Notes: generated from the sequence alone by a model not told the origin. 64,000 nt of DNA from Bacilli bacterium (GCA_045130875.1 JBGUQI010000022.1:215795-279794), one strand, 5' to 3'. Shown: positions 20,602 through 32,026, counted from the stretch's first letter. Program-made: numbers and translations.

Positions 20602-20740
20602 AAAAAATAGCCCTACTCAGGGCTTAAAAACAACTTCTTTCATCCAGACTTTACTGTCGCCACTTGAATCTCACAAGTTCCTGCCTTTCGGCTCGCGGGG
20701 TTTACCGCCGGTCGCGTTATTCGCTGCCCTGAAGTGATTA
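20602..20740 (-). promoter_or_regulatory. FMN riboswitch (RFN element) with terminator/sequester hairpin
   Basis: The minus strand reads CUUCAGGGCAGCG..CGACCGGCGGUAAACCCCGCGAGCC...GAUUCAAGUGGCGACAGUAAAGUCUGGAUGAAAGAAG. This matches the B. subtilis ribD RFN conserved cores (CAGGGCAG, CGACCGGCGGUA, GCGACAGUGAAAGUCUGGAUG, GAAG). The GCCCUGAGUAGGGC hairpin plus a U-run abuts the ribU ATG. A -10 TATAAT and a -35-like TTGATG lie upstream. Confidence 0.85.
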
Positions 20741-20782
20741 AATTATAGCACTATATAAGAACTATGCATCAAAAAAGAGACA

Positions 20783-21484
20783 TTATAATGGCTGTCTCTT
20801 AATTTGATTGTATTCACGAGGATATTTCTTCGGTGTTGGTTTATCTTTAACAATCCTAATTATCGCTCGTTTTTCTTTACATTCTGGAAGGTCACATTCA
20901 TAGATACTTTCCACATGGCAAGACAAAGTCTTAAAGGCTTTAGAGGCACTATTGATTTCTTCTTCGTAACCCGCACCTTTTAAGGCGATGAATGTACCAC
21001 CAACTTTGAGCATTGGCATGATGAGTTCTAAGAGAATATTTAATGAGGCAACCGCTCTAGCGGTAGCATAATCAAACTTCTCAATATTGCTCTTAGCATA
21101 ATCTTCTGCTCTAGCATCTACGCAATCAGTGGATAAATTATATTTATTACTGAGTTCTTTAAGATGATTAATCTTCTTAGAAGTAGAATCTAACAATGTT
21201 ACTTTAGAATCAGGGCACAAAATCTTAATAATCATGCCTGGGTAACCTGCGCCTGTGCCTACATCAATGATTGATTTGTTAGATAAATCTAAATCTCTAA
21301 TAGCTAATGCGGAATCAAAGATCATCTTTTCAATAAAAGCATCTCTATCTTTAATCGCCGTAAGATTGAATTTCTCATTCGCGGATAAAGTATCATCCAT
21401 GAAAGTCATAAGTAAATCTGCTTGCTCATTTGAACAAGAGATTTCTTCTAATTCTAATTGTTTCAATAATTGTTCTTTATTCAT
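20783..21484 (-). CDS. rsmG: 16S rRNA m7G527 methyltransferase
   Basis: The GidB-family SAM-binding motif DVGTGAGYPG is present, and the gene lies downstream of mnmG. Confidence 0.85.
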   Translation of the reverse strand: MNKEQLLKQLELEEISCSNEQADLLMTFMDDTLSANEKFNLTAIKDRDAFIEKMIFDSALAIRDLDLSNKSIIDVGTGAGYPGMIIKILCPDSKVTLLDSTSKKINHLKELSNKYNLSTDCVDARAEDYAKSNIEKFDYATARAVASLNILLELIMPMLKVGGTFIALKGAGYEEEINSASKAFKTLSCHVESIYECDLPECKEKRAIIRIVKDKPTPKKYPREYNQIKRQPL

Positions 21485-23354
21485 GATTTCTAATCTTCTT
21501 AATATTCAAAATTAATATCGAAATATCCGCAGGATTAACACCGGATACACGTGATGCTTGACCAATGGTTAATGGCTGTATAGTGTTTAACTTACTTCTT
21601 GCTTCTAATGCCAAACCATCCATATGGAGATAATCAATGCCTTCTGGAATCTTCATGGCATCTAGTTTAGCCATACCTTCCGCTTCTTTGATTTGCTTCA
21701 CGATATAGCCCTCATATTTAGCGATGATCTCCACTTCTTCAATTCCGGACTCATCGAGAGAAATACTATCTAATTCGGGAATAAATTTTGCAATTTCGAC
21801 GTATTTCACCAATGGACGCTTCAATAATTCAAAAGCTTGGATACCGCCTTTTAGTTCGTTATATCCTAATTCAGTGAGATAATCTTCCACTTCTTTTCTC
21901 TTTCCAAGATAAGAAGCTTTTAAGATTTCTACAGCCTTTTGAATGTTTTCTTTCTTACTAATAAAACGTTGATATCTCTCTTCTTTGATTAAACCTACTT
22001 GATGTCCAATTTCAGTGAGTCTTAAATCTGCGTTATCATGTCTTAAAAGTAAGCGGAATTCCGCCCTCGAGGACATGAGTCTATATGGTTCTAAAGTACC
22101 CTTTGTCACGAGGTCATCAATCATGACACCAATATAGGATTGATCTCTTCTTAGAATCAAAGGTTCTTTACCTTCAATCTTTAAGCAAGCATTGATGCCT
22201 GCCATCAAACCTAAACCTGCCGCTTCTTCATAACCAGAGGTACCACAGATTTGGCCACCTATATAGAGACCAGGCCATTTCTTAAGTTCTAATGTCGGAC
22301 CATATTCTTCAGGTTTGATCAAATCGTATTCGATTGCATAAGCGTATTTTAAAAATACGGCGTTTTCAAATCCCGGTAACGATCTCACCATTTCTTCTTG
22401 TACTTCTCTTGGCATAGAAGTTGAAAATCCTTGGACATAGATAGAATCTGTATATCTTGATTCAGGTTCTAAGAATAATTGATGTCTTTCTTTATCGGCA
22501 AAGTTAACAATCTTTGATTCGATAGAGGGACAATATCTTGGACCCACTCCTGTAATTAATCCAGAATACATCGCGGAGTCTTTTAGGTGTTCTTTGATGA
22601 TTTCATGGGTCTTAGGGGAAGTATAAATAAGGTAGCAAGGTATTTGTTCATCCACGGGGATAAAGTCCTTAGTTTCGTATGAAAACGCTAATTTTCCCCT
22701 AGTTCCAGGTTGAATCGTACCTTTAGAAAAATCGATGGAATCACTTTTGATTCTGGGAGGAGTGCCAGTTTTAAATCTCGTGGTTTCAATACCCATAGAT
22801 TGGAGATAGGGAGATAACCCTTTAGAGGGTTTTTCACCATCTGGCCCTTCTTCAAGAACTTCATTACCACGGAAGATTTTGCTCTCCATATATGTTCCTG
22901 TTGTTAAGATTACTGCTTTAGCAGTATATTCTTTACCAGTCTCAGTCTTAACACCAAAAACATGATTATCATCATGTAAGACAGACACCACTGTATCTTC
23001 AATAACAGTTAAACGTTCAGTATTTAATGCCAGAGTTTGTAAATATTCTGGATATTCTAATTTATCTTGTTGGGCTCTTAAACATTGGACACCAGGACCT
23101 TTACCAGTATTTAGCATCTTCATCTGCAAATAATGGTGGTCAGCGGCAATACCCATCATACCACCTAAGGCGTCGATTTCACGAACCACTATTCCTTTCG
23201 CGGATCCACCGATGGAAGGATTACATGGCATATTGCCCATCTTCTTGATGTTGATGGTAAGTAAAAGTGTTTCGTGACCCATATGGGCACAAGCAAACGC
23301 AGCTTCTAAACCGGCATGTCCACCACCGACAACAATGACTTCGTAGTTATTCAT
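21477..23354 (-). CDS. mnmG: tRNA uridine 5-carboxymethylaminomethyl modification enzyme
   Basis: The FAD-binding N-terminus VIVVGGGHAGLEAA is present and the full-length protein resembles GidA. Confidence 0.9.
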   Translation of the reverse strand: MNNYEVIVVGGGHAGLEAAFACAHMGHETLLLTINIKKMGNMPCNPSIGGSAKGIVVREIDALGGMMGIAADHHYLQMKMLNTGKGPGVQCLRAQQDKLEYPEYLQTLALNTERLTVIEDTVVSVLHDDNHVFGVKTETGKEYTAKAVILTTGTYMESKIFRGNEVLEEGPDGEKPSKGLSPYLQSMGIETTRFKTGTPPRIKSDSIDFSKGTIQPGTRGKLAFSYETKDFIPVDEQIPCYLIYTSPKTHEIIKEHLKDSAMYSGLITGVGPRYCPSIESKIVNFADKERHQLFLEPESRYTDSIYVQGFSTSMPREVQEEMVRSLPGFENAVFLKYAYAIEYDLIKPEEYGPTLELKKWPGLYIGGQICGTSGYEEAAGLGLMAGINACLKIEGKEPLILRRDQSYIGVMIDDLVTKGTLEPYRLMSSRAEFRLLLRHDNADLRLTEIGHQVGLIKEERYQRFISKKENIQKAVEILKASYLGKRKEVEDYLTELGYNELKGGIQAFELLKRPLVKYVEIAKFIPELDSISLDESGIEEVEIIAKYEGYIVKQIKEAEGMAKLDAMKIPEGIDYLHMDGLALEARSKLNTIQPLTIGQASRVSGVNPADISILILNIKKIRNHE

Positions 23355-24751
23355 TAGCCAACACTACCATCCATATCCATCTTGATTAATTGATTTAATT
23401 CCACAGCGTATTCCATAGGAAGTTCTCTAGAGAATGGTTCAATAAAGCCCATGATAATCATTTGAGTAGCTTCTTTTTCACTAATACCTCTAGACATCAA
23501 ATAGAATAATTGATCTTCACTGATCTTACTGACTGTAGCTTCATGTTCAATAAAGGAAGAATTGTTCTTCACTTCATTGGTGGGAATGGTATCACTCCTA
23601 GATAATTTATCGAGGATTAAAGTGTCACATTCCACGTGGCTGCGACAGTTTGTCGCATTTTCTTTATGTCTCACAGTGCCTCTATAGTTAGCGACCCCGC
23701 CATTTTTCACAATCGATTTAGAAATAATTGTGGAAACTGTATCGGGCGCTTCATGTATCATACGCGCACCTGCATCCTGGTACTGGCCCTTGCCTGCGAC
23801 TGCGATTGATATGCATGTGCCTTTCGCGCCCCTACCCTTGAGTACGCACGCAGGATATTTCATGTTGGTTTGACTTCCGATATTTCCGTCAATCCATTCC
23901 ATCTGGGCATCTTCATAACAGACCGCTCTCTTGGTAACTAAGTTCACGATATTAGTGGACCAGTTTTGAACAGTGGAGTAACGGCACTTGCCACCTTTTA
24001 AGACGATGATTTCCACAACAGCGGCATGCAAGGATTCTTTGCTATATGTTGGGGCGGTACATCCTTCCACATAATGGACATCCGCACCTTCATCAACAAT
24101 AATTAAAGTTCTTTCAAATTGGCCGGACTTTTCATTATTGATTCTAAAGTAACTCTGTAATGGTTTATCTAAATGTACGTTCTTGGGAACGTAGATAAAG
24201 GAACCACCAGACCAAACCGCACCATTTAAAGCGGAGAATTTGTTATCCGCAACTGGAACAACAGTACCAAAATATTTTCTAAATAAATCGGGATATAGTT
24301 GTAGTGCCATATCTGTGGATAAGAAGATAACACCTTTATCTTGAATCTCTTTTAACATGTTGTGATAGACAACTTCAGATTCATATTGAGTGGAAACACC
24401 AGAGAGATATTTTTGTTCCGCTTCCGGAATACCTAATCTATCAAAAGTATTCTTGATGGTTTCAGGGACCTCATCCCAGTTTTGAACTTCCTTTTTACTT
24501 GGTCTAGTGAAATAGGTGTAGGAGTCAAAATCAAGGTAGCTTAAATCAGGCCCAAACTTTGGTAATGGCATAGCCTTAAATGACCTTAAGGCTTTTAAGC
24601 GGAATTCTAACATCCACTCAGGTTCATTTTTCAAACGAGAAATCTCTTTGACGATATCCTCATTTAAACCAACGTCCGTTTTTAAAATAGAGACGTCTTC
24701 GTCTTTGAAACCATATTTATAATCTTCTTGGAACTTAATATCGTCTGACAT
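23354..24751 (-). CDS. sufB: Fe-S cluster assembly protein SufB
   Basis: A 465-aa protein with SufB/SufD fold motifs, in the suf operon. Confidence 0.85.
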   Translation of the reverse strand: MSDDIKFQEDYKYGFKDEDVSILKTDVGLNEDIVKEISRLKNEPEWMLEFRLKALRSFKAMPLPKFGPDLSYLDFDSYTYFTRPSKKEVQNWDEVPETIKNTFDRLGIPEAEQKYLSGVSTQYESEVVYHNMLKEIQDKGVIFLSTDMALQLYPDLFRKYFGTVVPVADNKFSALNGAVWSGGSFIYVPKNVHLDKPLQSYFRINNEKSGQFERTLIIVDEGADVHYVEGCTAPTYSKESLHAAVVEIIVLKGGKCRYSTVQNWSTNIVNLVTKRAVCYEDAQMEWIDGNIGSQTNMKYPACVLKGRGAKGTCISIAVAGKGQYQDAGARMIHEAPDTVSTIISKSIVKNGGVANYRGTVRHKENATNCRSHVECDTLILDKLSRSDTIPTNEVKNNSSFIEHEATVSKISEDQLFYLMSRGISEKEATQMIIMGFIEPFSRELPMEYAVELNQLIKMDMDGSVG

Positions 24752-24752
24752 T

Positions 24753-25181
24753 TTATTTTCCTTTTAAAATTTGATCCGCTGCTAACCAGCCAATCATAGC
24801 ACATCTAATACGAGCGGCTTGTTTGCTTGTATTAATGAATACAATAGCTTCTTCTAGAACCTCTTCATCAAAGGGTTCTTCATGAATCATGTGGTCATAT
24901 TGAGCGATGATATTTTCTGCATCTTCAATAGTTTTATCTTTTAACAAATCACACATGATATCAGTGGAAGAAGTAGAGATAGTACAAGCTGTACCATCAA
25001 AGCATGCATCTTTGACAATACCGTTTTCCACGAGAAGGAAAATATCTAAATCATCAATGCAGTTATCAGAGTGCATATGTACTTTGACAAATTGATCACT
25101 TGTTGGTTGATGCTTATTTAATGGATTGCTGTAGTGATCCATAATGATTTGACGCATCATATTACTATTTAAAGTAGGCAT
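24753..25181 (-). CDS. sufU: Fe-S cluster assembly scaffold SufU (NifU/IscU-like)
   Basis: A 142-aa protein with conserved Cys residues, located between sufS and sufB. Confidence 0.75.
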   Translation of the reverse strand: MPTLNSNMMRQIIMDHYSNPLNKHQPTSDQFVKVHMHSDNCIDDLDIFLLVENGIVKDACFDGTACTISTSSTDIMCDLLKDKTIEDAENIIAQYDHMIHEEPFDEEVLEEAIVFINTSKQAARIRCAMIGWLAADQILKGK

Positions 25182-26394
25182 CTAAAATATCTCCTCCATT
25201 TATTACGGCATCGACAAAAATGTCGATTTCTTCTTTTGTTGTATATAAGTAAGTGGACATACGACATGTTGCGGGAGTATGAAGATATTCCTTTAAAACC
25301 TTTGCGCAGTGCTCGCCACTTCTAATCGCAATACCCTTACTATTCAATAAGGTTGCTTCATCTTGGGCAAAGATACCCTTTTTATTAAATGTGATAATGC
25401 CATTTATAGCATCTTTATTATAAATAATAATATCTTCACATTTTTCTAATTTATTTAATGCGTATTCGCATAATTCTCTATCGTGTTTAGCGATGTTTTC
25501 AATACCGAGAGATTGAATGAATTCGACCGCGGCTTTCAAACCAAAGATACCGGATAAATTCAAAGTTCCCGCTTCAAATTTGAATGGCGCTTCAAGTGGG
25601 AAAATCTCAGTTTGTTTATTGAATGTGATATTCATGCCACCGCCTAAGAAATAGGGATCCATATTTTGTAAAAGTTCATATTTTCCAATTAAACATCCGA
25701 TACCAGTAGGTCCACACATCTTATGAGCGGAAAAACCTAAGAAGTCGATATCGCTATCTTTAAAATCGACCTTAACGTGGGGAACGGATTGCGCTCCATC
25801 GACCACAAAAATAGCACCAACTTTATGGATTTCTTTAGCGAATTCTTTGATATCAATTGAGGTCCCTAAAACATTGCTAATCTGTGCTAAAGAGACAACT
25901 TTAGTTTTAGGAGATAATATCTTCCTTAAACTATCTAAAGTAATACATTGATTATCATCGATAGAAACAAACTTGATGACTGCACCGGTTAGATGGCTCA
26001 CTTCATACCATGGTAAAAGGTTGCTTGCATGCTCGGCTTCAGAGACGATAATTTCATCTCCTGGCTTCAAGAATTTAAGGCCATAAGCTCTCGCTACAAG
26101 GTTAAGTGCCATTGTATCTCCAGAAGTAAAGACCACTTCCTTGGATTCACAATTAACAAATTTGGCAATTGTTTCTCTAGTTTCTTGGATTCTTTTATCC
26201 ACATTGAACATCAAATCATAGTCACCGCGATGTGAATTAGCATTCTGATTTAAGTAATAATCATCCATCGCACCGATGACACATTGGGGTTTAAATGTTG
26301 TGGAAGCATTATCCAAATATACAAGGTCATTTCCTTGCATCTTTTTATTGTTTAACATGGGGAATTGTTCACGAATTTTATAGACGTCGTACAT
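25165..26394 (-). CDS. sufS: Cysteine desulfurase SufS
   Basis: An aminotransferase class V fold with the PLP-Lys (SAHK) motif and the catalytic Cys loop (RSGEHCA). Confidence 0.85.
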   Translation of the reverse strand: MYDVYKIREQFPMLNNKKMQGNDLVYLDNASTTFKPQCVIGAMDDYYLNQNANSHRGDYDLMFNVDKRIQETRETIAKFVNCESKEVVFTSGDTMALNLVARAYGLKFLKPGDEIIVSEAEHASNLLPWYEVSHLTGAVIKFVSIDDNQCITLDSLRKILSPKTKVVSLAQISNVLGTSIDIKEFAKEIHKVGAIFVVDGAQSVPHVKVDFKDSDIDFLGFSAHKMCGPTGIGCLIGKYELLQNMDPYFLGGGMNITFNKQTEIFPLEAPFKFEAGTLNLSGIFGLKAAVEFIQSLGIENIAKHDRELCEYALNKLEKCEDIIIYNKDAINGIITFNKKGIFAQDEATLLNSKGIAIRSGEHCAKVLKEYLHTPATCRMSTYLYTTKEEIDIFVDAVINGGDILDAYFK

Positions 26395-26395
26395 A

Positions 26396-27211
26396 CTACA
26401 TTTTCCCTTCTATAATACTGGCAATTTCTTCTTTGATTTCTTCCTCTAAAAAACCATTTAAAATTGGTTTCAAATATCCTAATGTAATCAGGCGTTTAGC
26501 CTCATCTACATTAAGGCCTCTAGAGGTTAAATAGAAGATGTGCTCGTCATTGACTTTACCAACCACGGCAGCGTGGCTTGCTTCAATATCGTTTTCATCG
26601 ATTTTCAATATTGGCTTTGCGATACCATTACTGAGTTCATCAAAGACCACAATCTTAGCGTTTTGGTGAGCTTTGGATCCGCTTGAACCTTTATTGATTT
26701 TACAAATTCCAGAGAATACGAGTTTTCCGTTATCTCTGATCACTCCATAGTTATCTAAATGAGCAAAAGTACTGGGTGAACAATGATAAACAGAAACATC
26801 AAATTCTTTCTTGTCTTCTTTTTCGGATAGGGATGCTAAGTGCCAATCACATGTGGCATTTATATCATTCAAATTAACAGTGATATTTGCTTTGCATTTT
26901 CCTTGAATGAAATCAGCATAATGTGCGGAAAATGTAGAATTTCTTCCCACATTTACCAAGATTTCGATATTCTCAGATGCGTTTTTGTGTAAAACCGCTA
27001 AATGGAGAGAGGTATTATTTTGGATATTAATTTCTAATTTGATTGATCCTTTAATTCCTAAAACTAAAAGGTCGATGGCATTGTTATCTAAGACATCGAT
27101 AGAAAGAGAATCATTATAAGAAGATAAATCTAAAAGATAGTTTCCAGACTTTCCTTCTTGGATAACGATATTGTTCTTATTTTGGTTATGGATTAAAGTT
27201 AATCTCTCCAT
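26396..27211 (-). CDS. sufD: Fe-S cluster assembly protein SufD
   Basis: A shorter SufBD paralog located between sufC and sufS. Confidence 0.7.
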   Translation of the reverse strand: MERLTLIHNQNKNNIVIQEGKSGNYLLDLSSYNDSLSIDVLDNNAIDLLVLGIKGSIKLEINIQNNTSLHLAVLHKNASENIEILVNVGRNSTFSAHYADFIQGKCKANITVNLNDINATCDWHLASLSEKEDKKEFDVSVYHCSPSTFAHLDNYGVIRDNGKLVFSGICKINKGSSGSKAHQNAKIVVFDELSNGIAKPILKIDENDIEASHAAVVGKVNDEHIFYLTSRGLNVDEAKRLITLGYLKPILNGFLEEEIKEEIASIIEGKM

Positions 27212-28029
27212 TATTTGATTGCGTCCTTAACCGCACAGGAACCGATAGAAACGGTATTCATATTGTTGTCGATTTTTTCAATCTCAATTCCGAACTCAGT
27301 TTTGATGAATTCATAGCCGGTTTGGTCGATACGTTTGATATACTCTCGACCACCGTCAATTGCGACTTTTCCATTCACTATGACAATGGCTCTTGTAGGT
27401 TGGATTAAATCGAACAATCTAGCATAGTGAGAAATGACCAAAAAGCCCCTGCCTTGAGCCTGCTCTTTTCTGATGACTTCTGCAACGATATTGATCGCGT
27501 CAACATCGAGGCCAGAATCGATCTCATCAAGCATGGCAATTTTAGGTTTCAAAAGCATGAGTTGGAGGATTTCATTTCTCTTCTTTTCACCACCAGAAAA
27601 GCCCTCATTTAAAGACCTTGTGGCAAGGTCAAAAGGCATGGATAATTCTTTGGTGGCATTATCTAATAATTTATAAAATTGATAAGTAGAAATAGGTTTC
27701 TCGCTTTTAGCGTTCACCGCAGCGCGTAAGAAATCACTGTTGATGACACCAGGGATTTCACTGGGGTTCTGCATACCGAGGAATAGACCTAATCTCGCTC
27801 TTTCATCAGTGGTTAAAGATAATATGTCCTTATCATCAAAGGTAATAGTGCCTTCGGTAACCTTGTACCTTGGGTGTCCCATGATGACATTTAAAAGTGT
27901 GGATTTACCATGACCGTTTGGTCCTAAAATAGCAACTGTTTCTCCTTCGCTAATTGTGAGGTCAACACCTCTAAGGATTTGTTTCCCCTCAACTTCAGCG
28001 TGTAGGTTTTTAATAATAAGTGTGGACAT
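27211..28029 (-). CDS. sufC: Fe-S cluster assembly ATPase SufC
   Basis: An ABC ATPase with Walker A GPNGHGKST, the LSGGEKKR signature, and the D-loop/H-loop motifs. Confidence 0.9.
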   Translation of the reverse strand: MSTLIIKNLHAEVEGKQILRGVDLTISEGETVAILGPNGHGKSTLLNVIMGHPRYKVTEGTITFDDKDILSLTTDERARLGLFLGMQNPSEIPGVINSDFLRAAVNAKSEKPISTYQFYKLLDNATKELSMPFDLATRSLNEGFSGGEKKRNEILQLMLLKPKIAMLDEIDSGLDVDAINIVAEVIRKEQAQGRGFLVISHYARLFDLIQPTRAIVIVNGKVAIDGGREYIKRIDQTGYEFIKTEFGIEIEKIDNNMNTVSIGSCAVKDAIK

Positions 28030-28223
28030 ATCTATTCACCTCAAATCGGGTATTATTCTACAAAGGACATAATTTAATTTCAAACAATACGATAAATTAT
28101 TTGCATTTTCTTTTGCGTGTGAACCTATTACTTAGTAATCTTTTTTTAATTAGTTGTTGCATAAAAAATCGATAATATTTAGAATATTAACGCTATTATT
28201 CAGTAAAAGGAGTAAAAACGAGA

Positions 28224-30113
28224 ATGAAAAAAACTAAACTATCAATCGGATTAGTTACAAGTTTCGTTGCTGCTATGGCTTTATCTGCATGTGGCTCCTC
28301 AGTGACCAAAAAAGAAGGTACAGTTGTTTCCTTTAAAGGTTACGGGGATGAAGAACTCTCAGTCTTGACAGATGAAATCTATCACGACTATATGACGAGT
28401 TCCACAGGTATTTCCAAATACTATGATCAAGTCATGGAAGTTCTTATTCGTAATGCTTTCCAAAACGATCCTAAAGCGGAAAAAGAGGATGGTTTAAAAG
28501 GCATCAAGAAGAACTACAATCAAATTGAAAGCGAAGCTAAAGACAATGTTAAGGGTGCAAAACAAACTGCAAAGCAGAATGCATCCACAAACGGCACTTC
28601 TTATAAGACAGAGTGGCAAAACACTTTGAAAGAAAAAGGTGTCAAAGATGAAGAAGAACTACTTCAATACTTTATCTATCAATTAGAAAAAGAACAAATT
28701 GAAGACTGGTACTATGAAAAGAACAAAGATTCTTTAAAGGCCGAATACTTAGGCGTCACAAATACAGGCGCAAAAGTTGAAACCAAAGCCTCTTCTAGAT
28801 TCCCATATCACGTGCGTCACATCTTAGTTAAAGTTGAAGATGGCGGTAGCAACTATGCCACCGGCACAATCAGCAAAGACCAAGCTAAGTTATTGAGCAA
28901 TACCGTTGAGTTATTAGCTCAAGGCGTTATGACATTTGGTGAAGTTGCCCAAAAGAAATCAGAAGACTCCTCCAGTTCTTCCTATGGTGATGTCGGTATT
29001 ATGACCAACGCCATCAGTGGTGGAAAACTCGGAATGGTCAATGAATTCCAATTAGGTATCTATGCCTATGATGCCATCGTGGAAAACAAAGACGTCAGCT
29101 CAGTCATCGATTCTGGCTTAGGCTTAGACAAGACTGTTGATGGTGTTTCTGTGAAAGAATATTTCACCAATAGAGGCATCGCGGAAGTTCCATATTCCGT
29201 GTTTAAAGAATTAGGCGATGTTGCTGAATTAGAAAGCAACGCCATTACTGGTTTACCAGTTGAAGATAATAAATCCGCTATTTATCCAAGAAACTTATTA
29301 TGGAATAAGTACTTAAATAACCATGGTATCTTCGTGATTACCAACGCCGATAGACTTTCTGGTGATGTTGTTGACCCAACTGACTATGAAACCTATTTCG
29401 AAGGTGCTGATGATTACGTGGCCTACAATAAGCAAGCCACTGAAATCAATTACACACAATTGCCAAGATTTAAAGAGAATAGTCACTTTAATAAACCAAG
29501 TCAATTAGTGTTATGTGATGAAAACGATAATGTTATTATCGGTGTCCGTAGTACTTATGGTATCCACTTAATGATCGTCCAAAGATCTGCTTATTCATTT
29601 GCTGATGAAAAAGTTTCATTAGATGAATATTACACAACCGCCATCCCAGGTGATGAAGATTATCCAAAGGATGACAAAGATAACGATAAGATTACATATG
29701 TTAACTTCATTACATCTGTGAACAAATCCGAATACAACACCCGTGCGGAAACCGTCAAGAGTGCCATTAAAGGATTTGATAGCACATATGACTATCGTTT
29801 ATACGAACACTTATCAGGTTATGGTGATGAAGAAGCCAGAAACGCCAAATTCGAAGGCGATAAGACTATGGCTTTATTAGATTCCATCGATGAATACATC
29901 GATTTACAAAGAGAGAAGAATAATATCGATCAAGACGAAGGTATGCAAGAAGTTTGGAAGACCTACATCGAATTATTAGCTGCTCAAGACTGGGTCAGAC
30001 AAGATACAGACCGTGTCCTCTCTGAAGGCTGTAAGATTGGTTTCACCAAAGATAACCTTACAGAAGAAGAAAAAGCCTTATATGAAGAAGGAGGAAAATG
30101 TTATGTCAAATAA
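28224..30113 (+). CDS. Lipoprotein (629 aa), function unknown
   Basis: A signal peptide with the lipobox LSAC↓GSS is followed by a K/E/D-rich extracellular domain. Confidence 0.6.
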   Translation: MKKTKLSIGLVTSFVAAMALSACGSSVTKKEGTVVSFKGYGDEELSVLTDEIYHDYMTSSTGISKYYDQVMEVLIRNAFQNDPKAEKEDGLKGIKKNYNQIESEAKDNVKGAKQTAKQNASTNGTSYKTEWQNTLKEKGVKDEEELLQYFIYQLEKEQIEDWYYEKNKDSLKAEYLGVTNTGAKVETKASSRFPYHVRHILVKVEDGGSNYATGTISKDQAKLLSNTVELLAQGVMTFGEVAQKKSEDSSSSSYGDVGIMTNAISGGKLGMVNEFQLGIYAYDAIVENKDVSSVIDSGLGLDKTVDGVSVKEYFTNRGIAEVPYSVFKELGDVAELESNAITGLPVEDNKSAIYPRNLLWNKYLNNHGIFVITNADRLSGDVVDPTDYETYFEGADDYVAYNKQATEINYTQLPRFKENSHFNKPSQLVLCDENDNVIIGVRSTYGIHLMIVQRSAYSFADEKVSLDEYYTTAIPGDEDYPKDDKDNDKITYVNFITSVNKSEYNTRAETVKSAIKGFDSTYDYRLYEHLSGYGDEEARNAKFEGDKTMALLDSIDEYIDLQREKNNIDQDEGMQEVWKTYIELLAAQDWVRQDTDRVLSEGCKIGFTKDNLTEEEKALYEEGGKCYVK

Positions 30114-31947
30114 TTTAAAGAAATTTGTAGCTGTAGCACTCCTCAGCTTCATCGGCTTAGCCGGCTGTTCCAAAGATGTCCAAGCCAAACCAGGCGATTA
30201 CCAAGATTCTCTCATTACCTTTAAAACTGATAGCAAAGATGAAATTTATCATAACTTAGTGAGCATCATCGAAGATGCTTACCGCGAAGGTTCACTCCCA
30301 AGCGCAGTGCTCGATCGCGTATTATACACCTATTCTGTCTCCGTCTTCGGTAGATACAATAGAGTGGCCAAACCCACAAACTTAGGTGAAAAAGAAATCA
30401 CCTTAAAAGAAGCCGCCAAGTATGTCAAAGATGGCAACAATGCAAAAGCTGACGAATTTATCGAATCTCATAAAGCATATTGGTCCACCAATGACGACGG
30501 TGAAAGATTAACCACCGAAGAAGCCAAGACCAGTGAAAGAGCTCGTGTCTTAGCTAAATGGAATACTATCGAAGATAGAATCTCCAGAAACTTATATAGC
30601 ACCATCAATGGTGGTTCCTATAGCCAAAGAGGTTTCTTCTCTGAAAGAAAATACTTACAAGAGTTAAGAAGCCAATTACACAAGGTTGAAGATCCTAAAG
30701 AATTAGAACCCGATGAAATCATTGATTATGATGATGAAATCGTTATCACTCCTGATGTCCAAGAAGAACAAGTCTTCTTCGATGATGATGACAAAGTTAC
30801 CTATTTACATAGAGCATACTTCCAAACCAGCTATTTGGATGAAGTTGATAAGGAATTAGATCCAAAAGACAAACCAAATACCTACATCGAAGATGAAATC
30901 ATCCCAACCATCTATCGTTCCTTATTAGTCGAACAATATTTGTTAGATGAATCCTATAACACCCTCGGACGTAGTTATGCCCGTAAGGTCAACGTTATCT
31001 CCATCTCCACAAATAACAATAACGACAAAGCCGCTGACTATTTAATGAAATACTTCGTTAGAGATGTCATCAATGGTGGTAAACTTCCAGAACAACAAGT
31101 TGAAGAATCCCCATACTATGTCGATATTGAAGACTTCAAGGCTGTCTCTAACGCTTATAAAGGCGTTACCGCTGAAGCTCAAGCTTACTTAGAAGATGTC
31201 AATACCGCTTATCCAGGTGCTTTCCCCAAAGTCTCCTTTGAAGGCTTTGATGGTGAAAACTATGACTATTATGTCGGTACCGATTACGGCGATATGATGA
31301 TGGACTTCGAAAAGATTAAAAGAGACATCAACCTCACCGATACCGGTGTGGAAAATGATTTCACCGGCAGTGGTATGTATACCGCTGACATCGGCAAAAC
31401 CATTAAAGAAAACGACATTAAGAAGAAAGATTACACAACCGATGGTTGGTACATCAAAAACGGTGGTCTCGCTGACTTACCAGATTCCATTAAGAGCCGT
31501 TTATTCAATATCGGTGTTGCCAATATCTTAGATAGCGAAGTTGCTGATAGATTTGACGAAGTCGATGATCAAGGTAGACCAGTCACACCTGCAGGCGAAA
31601 ACAAATTGGTTGCTAAGATCAATGGTAAGTTCTACTTAAAGGTCGCCAACAAACAAACCGGCGCTCTTGATGAAGACGATATCTTATTCTACGAAGGTGG
31701 CAAATACTATGTCATCCAAATCGAAGAAGCTGTCTCTGGTAGTAAATTAGCCAAAGAAACCACAAATGCGAAATACGACACTGATAAGAAAGAAGAAATT
31801 ATCAACGAAGTGTGCCGCATCGTGGCCAGCAGTGATACATATCAAACTGCCTCTACCAAACATTGGTTAGAACAAGCAGCCATTAAATATCACGATACAA
31901 AAGTCTACGATTACTTCAAATCCAATTATCCAGAATTATTTGACTAA
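30103..31947 (+). CDS. Lipoprotein (614 aa), function unknown
   Basis: The real start is at 30103 (MSNNLKKFVAVALLSFIGLAGC↓SKD), with a GGAGGA SD at 30089. It overlaps the upstream lipoprotein gene by 11 nt. The ORF-track start at 30013 over-extends the N-terminus. Confidence 0.6.
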   Translation: MSNNLKKFVAVALLSFIGLAGCSKDVQAKPGDYQDSLITFKTDSKDEIYHNLVSIIEDAYREGSLPSAVLDRVLYTYSVSVFGRYNRVAKPTNLGEKEITLKEAAKYVKDGNNAKADEFIESHKAYWSTNDDGERLTTEEAKTSERARVLAKWNTIEDRISRNLYSTINGGSYSQRGFFSERKYLQELRSQLHKVEDPKELEPDEIIDYDDEIVITPDVQEEQVFFDDDDKVTYLHRAYFQTSYLDEVDKELDPKDKPNTYIEDEIIPTIYRSLLVEQYLLDESYNTLGRSYARKVNVISISTNNNNDKAADYLMKYFVRDVINGGKLPEQQVEESPYYVDIEDFKAVSNAYKGVTAEAQAYLEDVNTAYPGAFPKVSFEGFDGENYDYYVGTDYGDMMMDFEKIKRDINLTDTGVENDFTGSGMYTADIGKTIKENDIKKKDYTTDGWYIKNGGLADLPDSIKSRLFNIGVANILDSEVADRFDEVDDQGRPVTPAGENKLVAKINGKFYLKVANKQTGALDEDDILFYEGGKYYVIQIEEAVSGSKLAKETTNAKYDTDKKEEIINEVCRIVASSDTYQTASTKHWLEQAAIKYHDTKVYDYFKSNYPELFD

Positions 31948-32026
31948 TCGAAGAAAATAACTAGGAGGTCTAAACAACCTCCTTTTTTCTTTGTATAATA
32001 TATACAAATAATAGAGGTATACGCAT

